Source of the DNA: Methanothrix sp.
Lineage (GTDB): Archaea; Halobacteriota; Methanosarcinia; Methanotrichales; Methanotrichaceae
NCBI GenBank assembly: GCA_963682135.1
Contig: OY821645.1
Coordinates: 256,001-320,000 of the forward strand
Direction of reading: 5' to 3'
DNA length: 64,000 bases
Position numbers and translations under genes: made by a program. The notes beneath the pieces were generated by a model. It searched no databases. It had not been told where the DNA came from and saw only the letters and a program-made list of their open reading frames with translations. Positions 20,726-31,615 of this stretch are shown in pieces (the stretch's first letter is position 1; each line of letters opens with the position of its first letter).

Positions 20726-20825
20726 GTGACCATTCCCGCCAATGAATTGGCGGGCATCTAGGCTGATGCCAAAGACTGTAGCCCCAGTCTTGCGATGTTA
20801 AGAGCAGCATTGAGATCTCTATCTG
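20726..20825 (-). mobile_element. IS200/IS605 right-end remnant (last tnpB codons plus terminal hairpin)
   Basis: Minus strand reads DRDLNAALNIARLGLQSLASA*, then CCCGCCAA-TTCA-TTGGCGGG hairpin and terminal TCAC. Confidence 0.8.
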
Positions 20826-20906
20826 AAATAGATATTAATTGGATTTATATAAACTAAGAGCCATATACGTTAATATACAATGCCTGAAACTACATCTAAC
20901 ATCTGA

Positions 20907-21260
20907 ATGCAGGAGGCGAATGAATTGACTAAAGATGTTTTAACCGAAAAAGATCTGGACGTGAATGAGAAGAAGGTATTTGGCCGAATTATAGATATGT
21001 GGAGCCTGGGAAGCGAGGCAGATCCTTATGCTCAGAGCACCAGGTCTGAAGTTATAAAATACTCCAAGAAGGACGGACTCTCTGAAGAACAGATTTTGAG
21101 CATATTGAAGAGACTTGAGTCATACAAACTGATCCACGTTGATGAGGTGAACGGCAAAGCATTTATCAAATATAATGTCGAAGCGGTCCATATTGTCAAA
21201 GAGCTTCAGAAAACAGAATATGTTAATAGCAGAACGAAGTTCATACCGCCTCATCATTGA
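20907..21260 (+). CDS. Hypothetical protein, possible winged helix
   Basis: 117-aa ORF; LSEEQILSILKRLESYKLIHV pattern. Confidence 0.55.
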   Translation: MQEANELTKDVLTEKDLDVNEKKVFGRIIDMWSLGSEADPYAQSTRSEVIKYSKKDGLSEEQILSILKRLESYKLIHVDEVNGKAFIKYNVEAVHIVKELQKTEYVNSRTKFIPPHH

Positions 21261-21306
21261 ATGAGATTCCAGAGAATTCAGAATAATATTGGAGCCAAGA
21301 GTCGAA

Positions 21307-21573
21307 TTAGAGCTCTAGACTCCTCTCTGCCAAATACGCTCTGGCCTTCTCGGGATCACTAGCAAGTTCATCAATTCGTCTCTCCGACATCTCCCAGAAT
21401 AGATCATCAATTGCAGTCTCGTCATCTCTCTTCAGCCACCAGGATTGACAGATTTCAGCAGCCAGCCTGCAGGCGTCCTCGTCTGCCAAATTGAGTGACG
21501 AGCAGAACGTCTCGCCAACGCATGCACCCACCGACGCTCTAGTACAAAGATCACAGGTCATTTTAGACTCCAT
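21307..21573 (-). CDS. Hypothetical Cys-rich protein
   Basis: 88-aa ORF with CDLC and further Cys residues; no family recognised. Confidence 0.45.
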   Translation of the reverse strand: MESKMTCDLCTRASVGACVGETFCSSLNLADEDACRLAAEICQSWWLKRDDETAIDDLFWEMSERRIDELASDPEKARAYLAERSLEL

Positions 21574-21644
21574 TTTAAGATTTCCGGCATTTATTAATGA
21601 TATTCATCATCAGCTATTAATTATTCCACATGCAGCATTTCACA

Positions 21645-22091
21645 TCACAGTTTTCCTTCCAGGATATCGCGCATTCTTTCATAATCTTCTACAGGAAAGC
21701 GGATGGATACGGATAACTCAATTGAGCACGATTGGGTGGGGTTCAATCCGATGCAACCATCCTCTTCGTCGATGTATTCTCTGGCATCATGCGGATGAGC
21801 GGTATATTGCCAACCACCATTTGCACCCGTTATTCTGGAGTAAAGCCAGTTGTCGGCTTTTGGGTTGTTGATAGGGTCAAGGCCCGATACTATGCGCGTT
21901 AAAAAAGCTTCTGCATCTTCAGCAGCGAGAAACTCAATCCATATTATGCCAGGCTTATTTTCTTGACATGAATTAGTAGTAATGATGCCGTAGTTCCAGA
22001 TGATTTGCAGCAATGGAGCTATCTCTTCGTCCACCTCGATCACCATGTTTGATGCCGGGTCGAGAATTGCGGTTTGCTTGTGCTTAATCAA
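21645..22091 (-). CDS. Hypothetical protein
   Basis: 148-aa ORF with GGAG RBS; VDEEIAPLL...GI.T.NSCQ motif. Confidence 0.55.
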   Translation of the reverse strand: MIKHKQTAILDPASNMVIEVDEEIAPLLQIIWNYGIITTNSCQENKPGIIWIEFLAAEDAEAFLTRIVSGLDPINNPKADNWLYSRITGANGGWQYTAHPHDAREYIDEEDGCIGLNPTQSCSIELSVSIRFPVEDYERMRDILEGKL

Positions 22092-22285
22092 AATTCTCCA
22101 GCTCCTTTTTGTTGCTCTGGGACGTGATGTCTCTCTTGTCAGGCTTACCTACCAAATGCTTTTTGAAATAGCGATTGGTGAGGCAAAACCGTAAGCTGCC
22201 AAAAAGTTGAAAATCTGCAGGGCAGTATGTCGCCCCACATAGCCGATTATAGACGGCTAGAACAGATTGCTCAAATCAAATATGT

Positions 22286-22486
22286 CTAGTATCTTCCAGG
22301 TGACCTGGCAGGTCTGTGCTTCTGGTAGCACTCGCTGCAGTAAACCGGCCTGGATCCATCCGGCTTGAAGGGAACCTGGGTTTGCTTGCCGCATTCGGAG
22401 CAAGTTACATCTGTCATTTCTCTGGGACCGCTATTGTAGCCGCCTCTGCTGCCGCTACCACTGTTCTCATATTTTCTCTCAAACAT
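22286..22486 (-). CDS. CxxC-x17-CxxC zinc-ribbon protein
   Basis: CSECGK...VPFKP...RPVYCSECY. Confidence 0.9.
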   Translation of the reverse strand: MFERKYENSGSGSRGGYNSGPREMTDVTCSECGKQTQVPFKPDGSRPVYCSECYQKHRPARSPGRY

Positions 22487-22650
22487 TTAATTCACGTACC
22501 TTTTGAATCGATTCAAAGAATCGAATCTCGCTACAAAAAACATCTCAACAAATCTCTTTGAATCGACGAGAATGTAACGGCTTATAAAGGATTAACTAGA
22601 TGATATACCTGTTGGTCGAATTAACAAATTAGTTGGCAAAAATAATGAGG

Positions 22651-23838
22651 CTAAATGATCAATAGTGCCTCTTCCTTGATGACCTTTCCCAGCCTGGTTA
22701 TGCCCTCGAAGATCCGATCTTTATCGGAGGCGGAAAAGTTCAGCCGCATGGTATTGCTGCCGCCACCATCGGCATAGAAGGCCTGACCTGGCACGAAGGC
22801 CACTTTTTCTTTAATAGCCCGGTTGAAAAGATCAAGAGACGACATGCTCTCCGGCAGTGTCGCCCAGAGGAACATTCCGCCCTCCGGTCTGGTGAAGCTG
22901 ACGTTCTCAGGGAAAGTCTCCTGCATGGTCTGCACCATAAAATCCCTTTGATCCTTGTAGGCTCTTCGTATCTTGGCTATGTGCCGTTCTATGTCGTTGT
23001 CATTGAGGTACTGATGTAAGATCCTCTGACACAGATAATTGGAATGCAGGTCTGACGCCTGTTTGGCAACTATCAGCTTCTCCATGATCTCCTGGCAGGC
23101 ACAGACCCATCCCAGACGCACTCCTGGTGCGACGATCTTGGAGAAAGAGCCGAGCAAAACGGCATTCTCCCCCAGGTAATTTCTCATTGACGGCCTGTCC
23201 TCGCCCATGAACCTCAGATCGCCATAAGGATTGTCCTCTATGAAGATCGTGCTGCTGTCGCTCAGCTCTTGCGCTACGGCTCCGAGTTTATCCCGGGAGT
23301 AGGTTATGCCTGTGGGATTCTGGAAGTTGGGGACGGAGTAGAACAGCTTGGAGTCACCCTTTGAGAGAACCCTCTTCAATGCCTGTGGGTCAACTCCGTC
23401 CTCTTGCAGCGGTATGGAGTGAAATTTAGGCTCGAAAAAGCCGAATGACTGAATTGCTGCCAGATAGGTAGGCCGCTCCAAGATGACGCCGTCACCTTTA
23501 TTCAAGAATACCTTGCCCAGGAGGTCGAGGGCCTGCTGAGAGCCATTGGTGATCAAGATCTCGGATGCACTTACCTTTACGCCCCTTCTGGCGTACCTCT
23601 GCGCGATCATCTCTCTGAGTGGAAGGTAGCCTTCCGTTGTGCTGTACTGTAAAGACGCTTCGCCGCATTCAGAGAGAACCTTCTCAGCGGCCGATGCTAT
23701 CTCTTGCACCGGGAAATATTTGGGATTGGGAAGCCCTCCGGCAAAGGATATGATTTCGGGGTCCTCCGTCACCTTCAGGATCTCTCTCACAAACGATCTA
23801 TGGACACAACTCATCCTATCTGCAAATAATCTGGTCAT
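22651..23838 (-). CDS. PLP-dependent class I aminotransferase (2-aminoadipate/aromatic type)
   Basis: ISFAGGLP, PNFQNPTG, EDNPY, GSFSKIVAPG.RLGW, PEGGMF. Confidence 0.9.
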   Translation of the reverse strand: MTRLFADRMSCVHRSFVREILKVTEDPEIISFAGGLPNPKYFPVQEIASAAEKVLSECGEASLQYSTTEGYLPLREMIAQRYARRGVKVSASEILITNGSQQALDLLGKVFLNKGDGVILERPTYLAAIQSFGFFEPKFHSIPLQEDGVDPQALKRVLSKGDSKLFYSVPNFQNPTGITYSRDKLGAVAQELSDSSTIFIEDNPYGDLRFMGEDRPSMRNYLGENAVLLGSFSKIVAPGVRLGWVCACQEIMEKLIVAKQASDLHSNYLCQRILHQYLNDNDIERHIAKIRRAYKDQRDFMVQTMQETFPENVSFTRPEGGMFLWATLPESMSSLDLFNRAIKEKVAFVPGQAFYADGGGSNTMRLNFSASDKDRIFEGITRLGKVIKEEALLII

Positions 23839-23898
23839 TTTGGTTTCTCTCTACATTCTCTAAACCTGCCTTAAGATAATGTTATATCTCCTTAGCGA

Positions 23899-25623
23899 TT
23901 GACAAGCAATTTCATGCCAGGCAAAGTCTCATACAGCTATGCTTTTCGCGGCTCGGAAAAACCGCTTATTGGAAAGACTATCGGAGATCTGTTCGATGAA
24001 ATGGCGGATAAATATCCCGATAACGACGCAATTGTATCCATCCATCAGGGAACGCGATACACATACCGTGAGCTGCAAAAGGAGCTGGACCGCGCCGCTA
24101 AGGGTTTCATTGCACTGGGCCTCAAGAAGGGCGACCGTCTGGCCATTTGGGCTACAAACCTGGCAGAATGGATAATCACCCAGTTCGCCACAGCAAAAGC
24201 CGGCATCATCATGGTCAACATCAATCCCGCCTACCGGACGCACGAACTGGAGTATGCTCTGCGCCAATCAGAAGCGCAGGCTCTGCTGCTCATGGACCGC
24301 TTCAAGAGTTCTGACTATGTGCAGATGTTCTACGAGGTCTGCCCCGAGGCCAGGACAGCCCAGTTAGGCAAGATTCACTCCGAGAAGCTGCCATTTCTGC
24401 GCACAGCTGTGATGATCCGAGGCGAGAAGCCGCAGGGCATGTGGTCCTGGGATGAAGTGCTCAGGATGGGAGATGAGGTGCCTGATGAGATTTTGCAGGA
24501 GAGGGAGGAAAGCCTGGACTTTGACGATCCCATAAATATTCAGTATACTTCAGGCACAACCGGCTTCCCTAAGGGCGTGGTTCTCACGCATCATAACATA
24601 TTGAACAACGGCTACTTTATCGGCGAATGCATGAATTTTACAAATAAAGACCGGCTTTGCATACCTGTACCATTTTATCATTGTTTTGGCATGGTGCTCT
24701 CCAATTTGGCCTGCATGACGCACGCAGCCACAATGGTGCTGCCTGCGGAGTACTTTGATCCCGTCATGGTTATGTCGGCCATTGAGAAAGAGCACTGCAC
24801 AGCGGTGCACGGTGTGCCCACCATGTTCATCGCCGAACTTGAGCACCCCGATTTCTCCAAATACGATTTCTCAAGCCTGCGCACCGGAATCATGGCCGGA
24901 TCGCCCTGCCCCATTGAGTTCATGAAGAAGGTCAGCACTCTCATGAACATGCGAGAAGTGGTAATCACTTACGGCCAAACGGAAGCCTCGCCAGGCATCA
25001 CCATGTCCTCCACCGATGATTCCCTGGATCAGAGAGTCTCGACCATCGGCAGGCCCATGCCCCATACCGAGATGAAGATCGTGGACCCCAAGACTGGGAA
25101 AATGGTCCACCGCGGGGAGACGGGCGAGATATGTGCCCGCGGCTACATGATCATGCGCTGCTACTACAACAATCAGGTGGCCACAGACCAGTGCGTAGAC
25201 AAGGAAGGGTGGCTGCACACCGGCGACCTGGGCACTCTGGATGAGGTGGACTACTGCAAGATAACAGGCCGGCTCAAAGATATGGTCATCCGGGGCGGAG
25301 AGAATATCTATCCCCGAGAGATTGAGGAGTTCCTCTATACCCATCCGGCTGTAAGCGATGTGCAGGTCATTGGTGTACCTGACAAGAAGTATGGAGAGGA
25401 GATCATGGCCTGGATCAAACTCAAGAAAGGAGTTACGGCCAGCGCAGAGGAGATCAAGGCTTTCTGTAAAGGAAGGATCGCGCACTTCAAAGTTCCCAGG
25501 TACATCAAATTTGTGGATGACTTCCCCATGACTGTTAGCGGCAAGATTCAGAAGTTCAAGATGAGAGATGAGTCCATCAAGGAGCTGGGACTGGAGGAAG
25601 CAGCCAGAATGAAGACGGCCTGA
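23899..25623 (+). CDS. AMP-dependent acyl-CoA synthetase
   Basis: YTSGTTGFPKG, YGQTE, WLHTGDLG, GRLKDMVIRGGENIYP, SGKIQK. Confidence 0.92.
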   Translation: MTSNFMPGKVSYSYAFRGSEKPLIGKTIGDLFDEMADKYPDNDAIVSIHQGTRYTYRELQKELDRAAKGFIALGLKKGDRLAIWATNLAEWIITQFATAKAGIIMVNINPAYRTHELEYALRQSEAQALLLMDRFKSSDYVQMFYEVCPEARTAQLGKIHSEKLPFLRTAVMIRGEKPQGMWSWDEVLRMGDEVPDEILQEREESLDFDDPINIQYTSGTTGFPKGVVLTHHNILNNGYFIGECMNFTNKDRLCIPVPFYHCFGMVLSNLACMTHAATMVLPAEYFDPVMVMSAIEKEHCTAVHGVPTMFIAELEHPDFSKYDFSSLRTGIMAGSPCPIEFMKKVSTLMNMREVVITYGQTEASPGITMSSTDDSLDQRVSTIGRPMPHTEMKIVDPKTGKMVHRGETGEICARGYMIMRCYYNNQVATDQCVDKEGWLHTGDLGTLDEVDYCKITGRLKDMVIRGGENIYPREIEEFLYTHPAVSDVQVIGVPDKKYGEEIMAWIKLKKGVTASAEEIKAFCKGRIAHFKVPRYIKFVDDFPMTVSGKIQKFKMRDESIKELGLEEAARMKTA

Positions 25624-25716
25624 ATGGCCTATTATTTTCCCATTGGGTCGAATGTGATTCATTTCAATTCGTGCCGCAATCAGAAGGTATCTTATATCAC
25701 TTACTCCTAAGAGTCA

Positions 25717-26433
25717 TTGATGTTACGCCAAAGGTTCGTGCTGGATACGACAGCCCTCACGGACTCTTTAGCCTGGGAGAGCGAGGGTGCAGCCAGCATC
25801 TGTGAGGGAATGAATGCCATTTTAGATCGGGTGGCAGAAGGAAGACTACATCTGGGAATCAGTTGCTACATCCCGTATCCTTCAGTCTACAATGAGATCA
25901 AGGATTTCGCCAGGCATAATAATTGTGATGCTCGAGTCCTGGGTAAGGTCGATACCTGGCTTGTCAAAAAGTCACCGGACAGATACAAGGTGAAGGTGCC
26001 TTCCAAGATATTTTATGAATATGTCGACTACATGAGAAGCCGCATAAACAAAGGCATGAACATCTCCGAAGAGGCCATATGGGAATCCGTCTCCCGATGC
26101 ATATCCCTCTCCGAGCGCGAGAGCGGCCTCGCGAACATGAAAGATGAGATCGAGCGGGAGATTGTGGGCAGCATAATACGCAAATTTAGAGAGAAGTACA
26201 GGGCTGCACTGCGCTATGGCATACTGGACAGCGCTCCGGACATCGACGTATTGTTATTGGCAAAAGAGCTGGATGCGGCGGTTGTCTCTCAAGACCTGGG
26301 TATACAGCGCTGGGCAGAACAGCTAGGCCTTCGATTTATGGAATCCAGATCATTTCCAATTATGATTAAAGAGTACCTGAACGCCTTGCCCGAACTGTAC
26401 ATAGAGGAGAAAGAAGAGGATCGAATGATTTGA
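25717..26433 (+). CDS. RNA-free RNase P (HARP, PIN-like; UPF0278)
   Basis: [54 protein letters not shown]. Confidence 0.85.
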   Translation: MMLRQRFVLDTTALTDSLAWESEGAASICEGMNAILDRVAEGRLHLGISCYIPYPSVYNEIKDFARHNNCDARVLGKVDTWLVKKSPDRYKVKVPSKIFYEYVDYMRSRINKGMNISEEAIWESVSRCISLSERESGLANMKDEIEREIVGSIIRKFREKYRAALRYGILDSAPDIDVLLLAKELDAAVVSQDLGIQRWAEQLGLRFMESRSFPIMIKEYLNALPELYIEEKEEDRMI

Positions 26434-26448
26434 TATCCAGAAAATTAT

Positions 26449-29400
26449 TTATGAGCCACTCGTTTCAATGACTTGTTCGCATTTTTCCAATGCCAACTTC
26501 AGTTCTTCTATACGTATCGGTTTGCTGAGATAGTCGTCCATGCCAGCTTTAAGAAACTCCTCTCGATCCCCATCAAGAGCATAAGCCGTCATGGCTATTA
26601 TGTAAGGCTGTTTTTTCATTTTTTGCTCGCGGATACTGCGCGTGGCATCCAATCCGTCCATATCCGGCATTTGTATGTCCATAAGAATGAGATCATAATC
26701 CTTTCTTTCCAAAGACGACAGAACATCAAGGCCGTTGCCAGCGATATCAGCTCTATAGTTTAGGCGTTTTAGCATGCTCAGAGCCACTTTCTGATTTACC
26801 AGATTATCCTCAGCCAGGAGAATGGCAAGATTGCTCTTCCTCTCAGGCTTGCCTAAAGGAAGCTGTCCTTTTGCGGCTTCATTCTCTTTGCTCTTAGGAG
26901 TGAGCAAGCCGACCAGCAGACGCTTGAGCTGGAGAGGCTTGACTGGTTTGGTTAACCAGCCGCTCACAGAAGGGTCTCGTTCTATCTTGCTTCCTATGTG
27001 ACTTATCATCACAATAAATGGATGCCTTTGCATGGACTTGATCCGTCTCAACAAGAGCCTGCAATCCATATCAGGCAAGAATGCATCAATGATCACATAG
27101 TCATATTTTTCACTTTCCAGGATCTTTGCAGCATCCATTCCACCAGCTATTGCCTTTGCATTCATTTGCCAGGACTCTGCTGCCTTCGTGAGCATATTTC
27201 GCACTGATTCGCTGCCTTCTACTATCAACAGGCTCTTTTTGGCCAAAATTGGATCGCTTGGCAACATCGCTTTATTTTCAACTGAAACGCCGCATAAGAT
27301 GGAAAAGTAAAAGGTGCTGCCCTTTCCAGCTGTACTGTCTACGGAGATCTCTCCTCCCATCATCTCCACCAGCTTGCGGCTTATGGCCAGCCCAAGGCCG
27401 GTTCCGCCGTAATACCTGGTTGTGGATGAGTCAACCTGAGTAAATGACTGAAATAGCTTGCCCAGGTTTTCCTGGGATATGCCGATACCTGTATCTTTAA
27501 TGGCAAAATGGAGCATGACTTTATCGCCCTGCAAGGGAGAGGAGGTTACCAACAGTACGACCTCGCCCTTTTCCGTAAATTTCACGGCATTTCCCAGGAG
27601 ATTGGTTAATATCTGACGCAGCCTGATCTCATCGCCCATAAGCATTGTAGGCACATCCTCCTCCTGGAAATAAGTAAACTCCACCCCTTTCTCCGCCGCC
27701 CTGGCAGCCACCAGATCCATCGAAACCTCAATGCATCTGGCCAGATCAAAGGGCTGGATATCCAGCTCGAGTTTATCTCCATCTATCTTTGAATAGTCTA
27801 AAATGTCGTTGATTATTGCGAGCAGGGCATTTCCGCTGCTACGAATGGTCTCCAGGTAATCACGCTGCTCGATTTTTGGATCCATCTGCAAGAGAAGATC
27901 GCTCATGCCTATGACGGCATTCATGGGGGTGCGGATCTCATGGCTCATATTGGCCAGGAAATTCGATTTGGCCTTTGTGGCCGATTCCGCTCTATTCTTG
28001 GCACTCTTCAGGTCTTCTTCTGCCATTTTTCTATCTGTGATATCCCTTATGGACTCGATGGCCCCATAGATCGTCCCCTCTGAGTCATAGAGGACCCCTG
28101 CACTTCCCAATAGATATGCCGGCTCGCCCAGCATTTCGGAGACAAAGGAGTCTCCCTCCAATGTGCCGTCTTCTTGCCATTTGATGCGCTCATATTCCTT
28201 TTCCAAAGTGGCATCGGGCTTTAAAACCAGATCGATTAGCATAGGCCTTCTCACTTTGTAGAATGGAAGAGCATACTCATAGTTGCCTTTACCCAGAATA
28301 TAAGCGGCCTTGATGCCTGTAATCTTCTCGATTGCCCTGTTCCATGCAATTACCACGCCGCCTCTGTTTATGACAAATGTAGCATCGGGCAGGAAGTTTA
28401 TGATATCGGCCAATCTGCGCTCGGAGTCCTTAAGAGCATCCTCTGCCATCTGACGCACCTGGATTTGTTTCTGCAAATCTATGTTGGACGCCTCGAGCTG
28501 AGAGGTGCGCTCTGCAACTCTTTTCTCCAGTCCTTCATTGAGGCGTATGACTTCCTGTTGCGCAAGATCGCGCTCGACGATATCTTGCTGTGCCTCATGA
28601 TAGAGCTGAGAATTTTCATTGAGGGCCAGAACCTGGCGTATTATAGTCAATCCAATTATCAAAGCTACAGCCCAAGACAGTGATTCGAAGGATAAACCAA
28701 TAGTATGATCATGACTCCAGATGAGCAACGCAAACGCACCTGCCGCACAGAAATAGGGCAGATAAAGTGGCCAGGTGAGCTGTCCATAATGAGTATTTTT
28801 ATTCAAGAATGCGCAAGATGCACCCCTATGAATAACGTCGACCTGAGACATGGCTGCAAGCCCGATCAGGACATATGAGATCGGCCAGCCCATATCCAGT
28901 AGCCCTCCCGCAACATATGTTTCATCTAGAGACTGGCGAAAGAAAATAGCATCAGTTATTATCAGAGCGGATATTCCGCCGACAAGAAATAATAATGGTG
29001 TCTGTCTTTTCTCATAAATCCTCTTGAAAAGCAACTCCAGGACCGCAAAGAGCAAAACTAAATCCGCCACAGGATATGCAATGGAAAGTGCTAGAGAGAT
29101 GGCATCGGTGTCTCCTGATTCCTGGATAGTAGGGGAGATGATGAGACTCCAGAAGATAAGAATCGCCGAAATCATCACTATTCCCGTATCTATCATCATC
29201 TTGAGCCGCTCGCTAGTGGAGAATTTTATGCTGGGCAAAAAGAAGATGCCGAGCAGAAATAGCGGGTAATATACTATATAGAAATAGTCAGCAATAGAGG
29301 GAAAAGGACTTTCCTGGAGGACGATTTCCGTATAAGTCCAAATGGTATCAGCAACGGTGAAGTCGAGCCTGGCTATTGCCAAAAACAGCCAGGCTAAGTA

Positions 29401-29694
29401 GACCCCATTTCCATGGAAATAGGAGTACATGGAACAATAAAACAGAGCCAGAGTTACGATGAAGTCAATGACAGATGTGGCAATATCTGTGAAAATGGTA
29501 TTCGCCTCTTGATCTGGGCTCAGTGCCATCATCGACAGGTAAAAAGAGATAATAATCAAAGCCCCAACAGCCAAAGAATAACGAAATGGCGGGACCCAAC
29601 CCATTGTAGCAGATCCCGCCCCTGCCGCTAACCTGAAGATGCTGGCGGAGAGAGAATCATCAGCCATTTCTCTCGCTTCACCCGAAGATTGCAT
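26449..29694 (-). CDS. Membrane hybrid sensor histidine kinase (multi-TM, PAS, HisKA/HATPase, two REC)
   Basis: About 10 hydrophobic segments, [38 protein letters not shown]. Confidence 0.92.
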   Translation of the reverse strand: MQSSGEAREMADDSLSASIFRLAAGAGSATMGWVPPFRYSLAVGALIIISFYLSMMALSPDQEANTIFTDIATSVIDFIVTLALFYCSMYSYFHGNGVYLAWLFLAIARLDFTVADTIWTYTEIVLQESPFPSIADYFYIVYYPLFLLGIFFLPSIKFSTSERLKMMIDTGIVMISAILIFWSLIISPTIQESGDTDAISLALSIAYPVADLVLLFAVLELLFKRIYEKRQTPLLFLVGGISALIITDAIFFRQSLDETYVAGGLLDMGWPISYVLIGLAAMSQVDVIHRGASCAFLNKNTHYGQLTWPLYLPYFCAAGAFALLIWSHDHTIGLSFESLSWAVALIIGLTIIRQVLALNENSQLYHEAQQDIVERDLAQQEVIRLNEGLEKRVAERTSQLEASNIDLQKQIQVRQMAEDALKDSERRLADIINFLPDATFVINRGGVVIAWNRAIEKITGIKAAYILGKGNYEYALPFYKVRRPMLIDLVLKPDATLEKEYERIKWQEDGTLEGDSFVSEMLGEPAYLLGSAGVLYDSEGTIYGAIESIRDITDRKMAEEDLKSAKNRAESATKAKSNFLANMSHEIRTPMNAVIGMSDLLLQMDPKIEQRDYLETIRSSGNALLAIINDILDYSKIDGDKLELDIQPFDLARCIEVSMDLVAARAAEKGVEFTYFQEEDVPTMLMGDEIRLRQILTNLLGNAVKFTEKGEVVLLVTSSPLQGDKVMLHFAIKDTGIGISQENLGKLFQSFTQVDSSTTRYYGGTGLGLAISRKLVEMMGGEISVDSTAGKGSTFYFSILCGVSVENKAMLPSDPILAKKSLLIVEGSESVRNMLTKAAESWQMNAKAIAGGMDAAKILESEKYDYVIIDAFLPDMDCRLLLRRIKSMQRHPFIVMISHIGSKIERDPSVSGWLTKPVKPLQLKRLLVGLLTPKSKENEAAKGQLPLGKPERKSNLAILLAEDNLVNQKVALSMLKRLNYRADIAGNGLDVLSSLERKDYDLILMDIQMPDMDGLDATRSIREQKMKKQPYIIAMTAYALDGDREEFLKAGMDDYLSKPIRIEELKLALEKCEQVIETSGS

Positions 29695-29837
29695 AATTCA
29701 TCATCCATGCCACTATTCAACATCAATCGCAGAGGGCCTTCCATTATCAACTCTACAGACCTATTATGTGTTCTAGCTTCAGATATAACAATATATCCAT
29801 TTCGTGCCAGATTATGATTTAGAACGGAATCAGGGCT

Positions 29838-30260
29838 AATCCCCGCCTTTTCAAAGGCAGGAGTGTTTCGATATAGACTCAAGCCAACAAAAGCTCAAGT
29901 AACCAAGCTGAAATGAGCGACTGAAGCTTTGCCGATGGGTCTATAACGAAACGTTGGATATGCGAAAGAATGCCTTTGAACAAGATGGGAAATATGTAAG
30001 ATACTTTGAATCCAAGAGGATGCTACCGATCTGGAAAGAGATGAAGCCGGAACTGAAAAAAGTTCATTCTCAGGTATTGCAGGACGTGGTTCTGAGGGTT
30101 GACCTCGCATTGAGAGCATTCTTAAAACGGGTTCAATCTGGCGAAGAAGAAGAAGTTTGTTATCCTCGCTTCAAGGGAAAGAACAGATACGATAGCTTCA
30201 GTTATCCACAGAGTGGCTTTTGCATAGACGGCAACATGATTTGGTTATCCATTGGCGAGT
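29838..30260 (+). pseudogene. tnpB: IS200/IS605 tnpB N-terminal fragment
   Basis: FRYRLKPT..Q, internal stop and frameshift, RWVYNETL, HSQVLQ, YPRFKGKNRYDSFSYPQSGF; preceded by a ccccgcctt/aaggcagg hairpin; truncated before RuvC. Confidence 0.85.
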
Positions 30261-30328
30261 TTGGCGAGAGTCGTGACGTGAAAGGAGAAGATAAGACCTT
30301 CTCCCGGCCTATGCTGCGCAACTGTTTC

Positions 30329-31615
30329 TCACGCCTTCGGCTCCAGCCTTCTTCTAACTGATTCGGCATGTGCCTTCAGGCCTTCCGCCTCGGCCAGTGT
30401 AGTAATAGTATCCTCCAGACCCAGGAGCCCTTCATCGGTTATCATCTGCACTGATATCTTCTTGGTGAAGTGGTCCACATTTAATCCTGAAAATGTTCTG
30501 GCGTAGCCGGAGGTGGGAAGCACGTGATTGGTGCCGCTGGCATAGTCGCCAGCCGCAACAGGCGTGAACTTGCCCAAGAATACGCTGCCAGCATTGCGAA
30601 TGTGCCTGAAGACATCCATGGGGTCACGGGTGATTATCTCCAAATGTTCCGGCGCAAAGGCATTGCAAAAGTCCACTGCTTCGTCCATGTCATCGGCCAG
30701 GAGAACGGCGCTGTGATTCAGGCTCTGCTCTACTATCTCGCGGCGCGCTGCTCCTGCTGCTTGAATGCTCAGTTCCTCGATCACAGCACTGGCCAGCAGG
30801 TCGTCTAATGCCACCAACACGGAAATGGACCTGGGATCATGCTCGCCCTGAGCGATCATGTCAGCGGCGATAACCCCCGGATCGGCGGTCCGATCGGCCA
30901 GGATGAGAACTTCGCTCGGGCCTGCCGGAAAGTCTATCTCCACGCTGCCACGCAGAAGCATCTTGGCGGCAGTGACATAGACATTGCCCGGTCCCACGAT
31001 CTTTTGCACTCGCTCGATGCTCTCAGTGCCTAGACCCATAGCAGCTATGGCCTGAGCCCCGCCCAACTTGTAAATCTCATCTGCTCCGGCCTTGTCGGCT
31101 GCCACAAGAGTCAGGGGAGTTATGGATCCGTCCGCTTTGGGGGGAGTGCATACTACTATCCTGGAGACGCCGGCAACTTTTGCAGGAATTATGTTCATCA
31201 ATGCAGAGCTAGGATAAGAGGCTCTCCCGCCGGGCACATAAGCACCCACAGAGTCGATAGGCACTACCTTCTGGCCAACAGAGACGCCGGGAGCAATCTC
31301 AGTCATCCACAATTGCCGCTCCTTTTGCAGCCTATGGAATTGGAAGATATTTTCTGCCGCATCAGACAGGGCTTCCATCAGCCTTTCCTCCACCAGATCG
31401 TAGGCTGCATCAATCTCTTCTTCGCTTACCCGCAGGTCGTCGAGACGAGCACCCTCAAACGTCTCTGTGAACTTGAAGAGAGCTTCATCACCTTTGCTTC
31501 CCACGTCCATGACAATATCATTGACTGCGGAAAGCACCTCGGAAATGCCCACATCTCGAGAGAGAAGGGCTTGCAGCTCTTCATCCTTCAGCTCACTTAA
31601 CATCTTTGTAATCAT
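30329..31615 (-). CDS. hisD: Histidinol dehydrogenase
   Basis: [43 protein letters not shown]. Confidence 0.97.
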   Translation of the reverse strand: MITKMLSELKDEELQALLSRDVGISEVLSAVNDIVMDVGSKGDEALFKFTETFEGARLDDLRVSEEEIDAAYDLVEERLMEALSDAAENIFQFHRLQKERQLWMTEIAPGVSVGQKVVPIDSVGAYVPGGRASYPSSALMNIIPAKVAGVSRIVVCTPPKADGSITPLTLVAADKAGADEIYKLGGAQAIAAMGLGTESIERVQKIVGPGNVYVTAAKMLLRGSVEIDFPAGPSEVLILADRTADPGVIAADMIAQGEHDPRSISVLVALDDLLASAVIEELSIQAAGAARREIVEQSLNHSAVLLADDMDEAVDFCNAFAPEHLEIITRDPMDVFRHIRNAGSVFLGKFTPVAAGDYASGTNHVLPTSGYARTFSGLNVDHFTKKISVQMITDEGLLGLEDTITTLAEAEGLKAHAESVRRRLEPKA

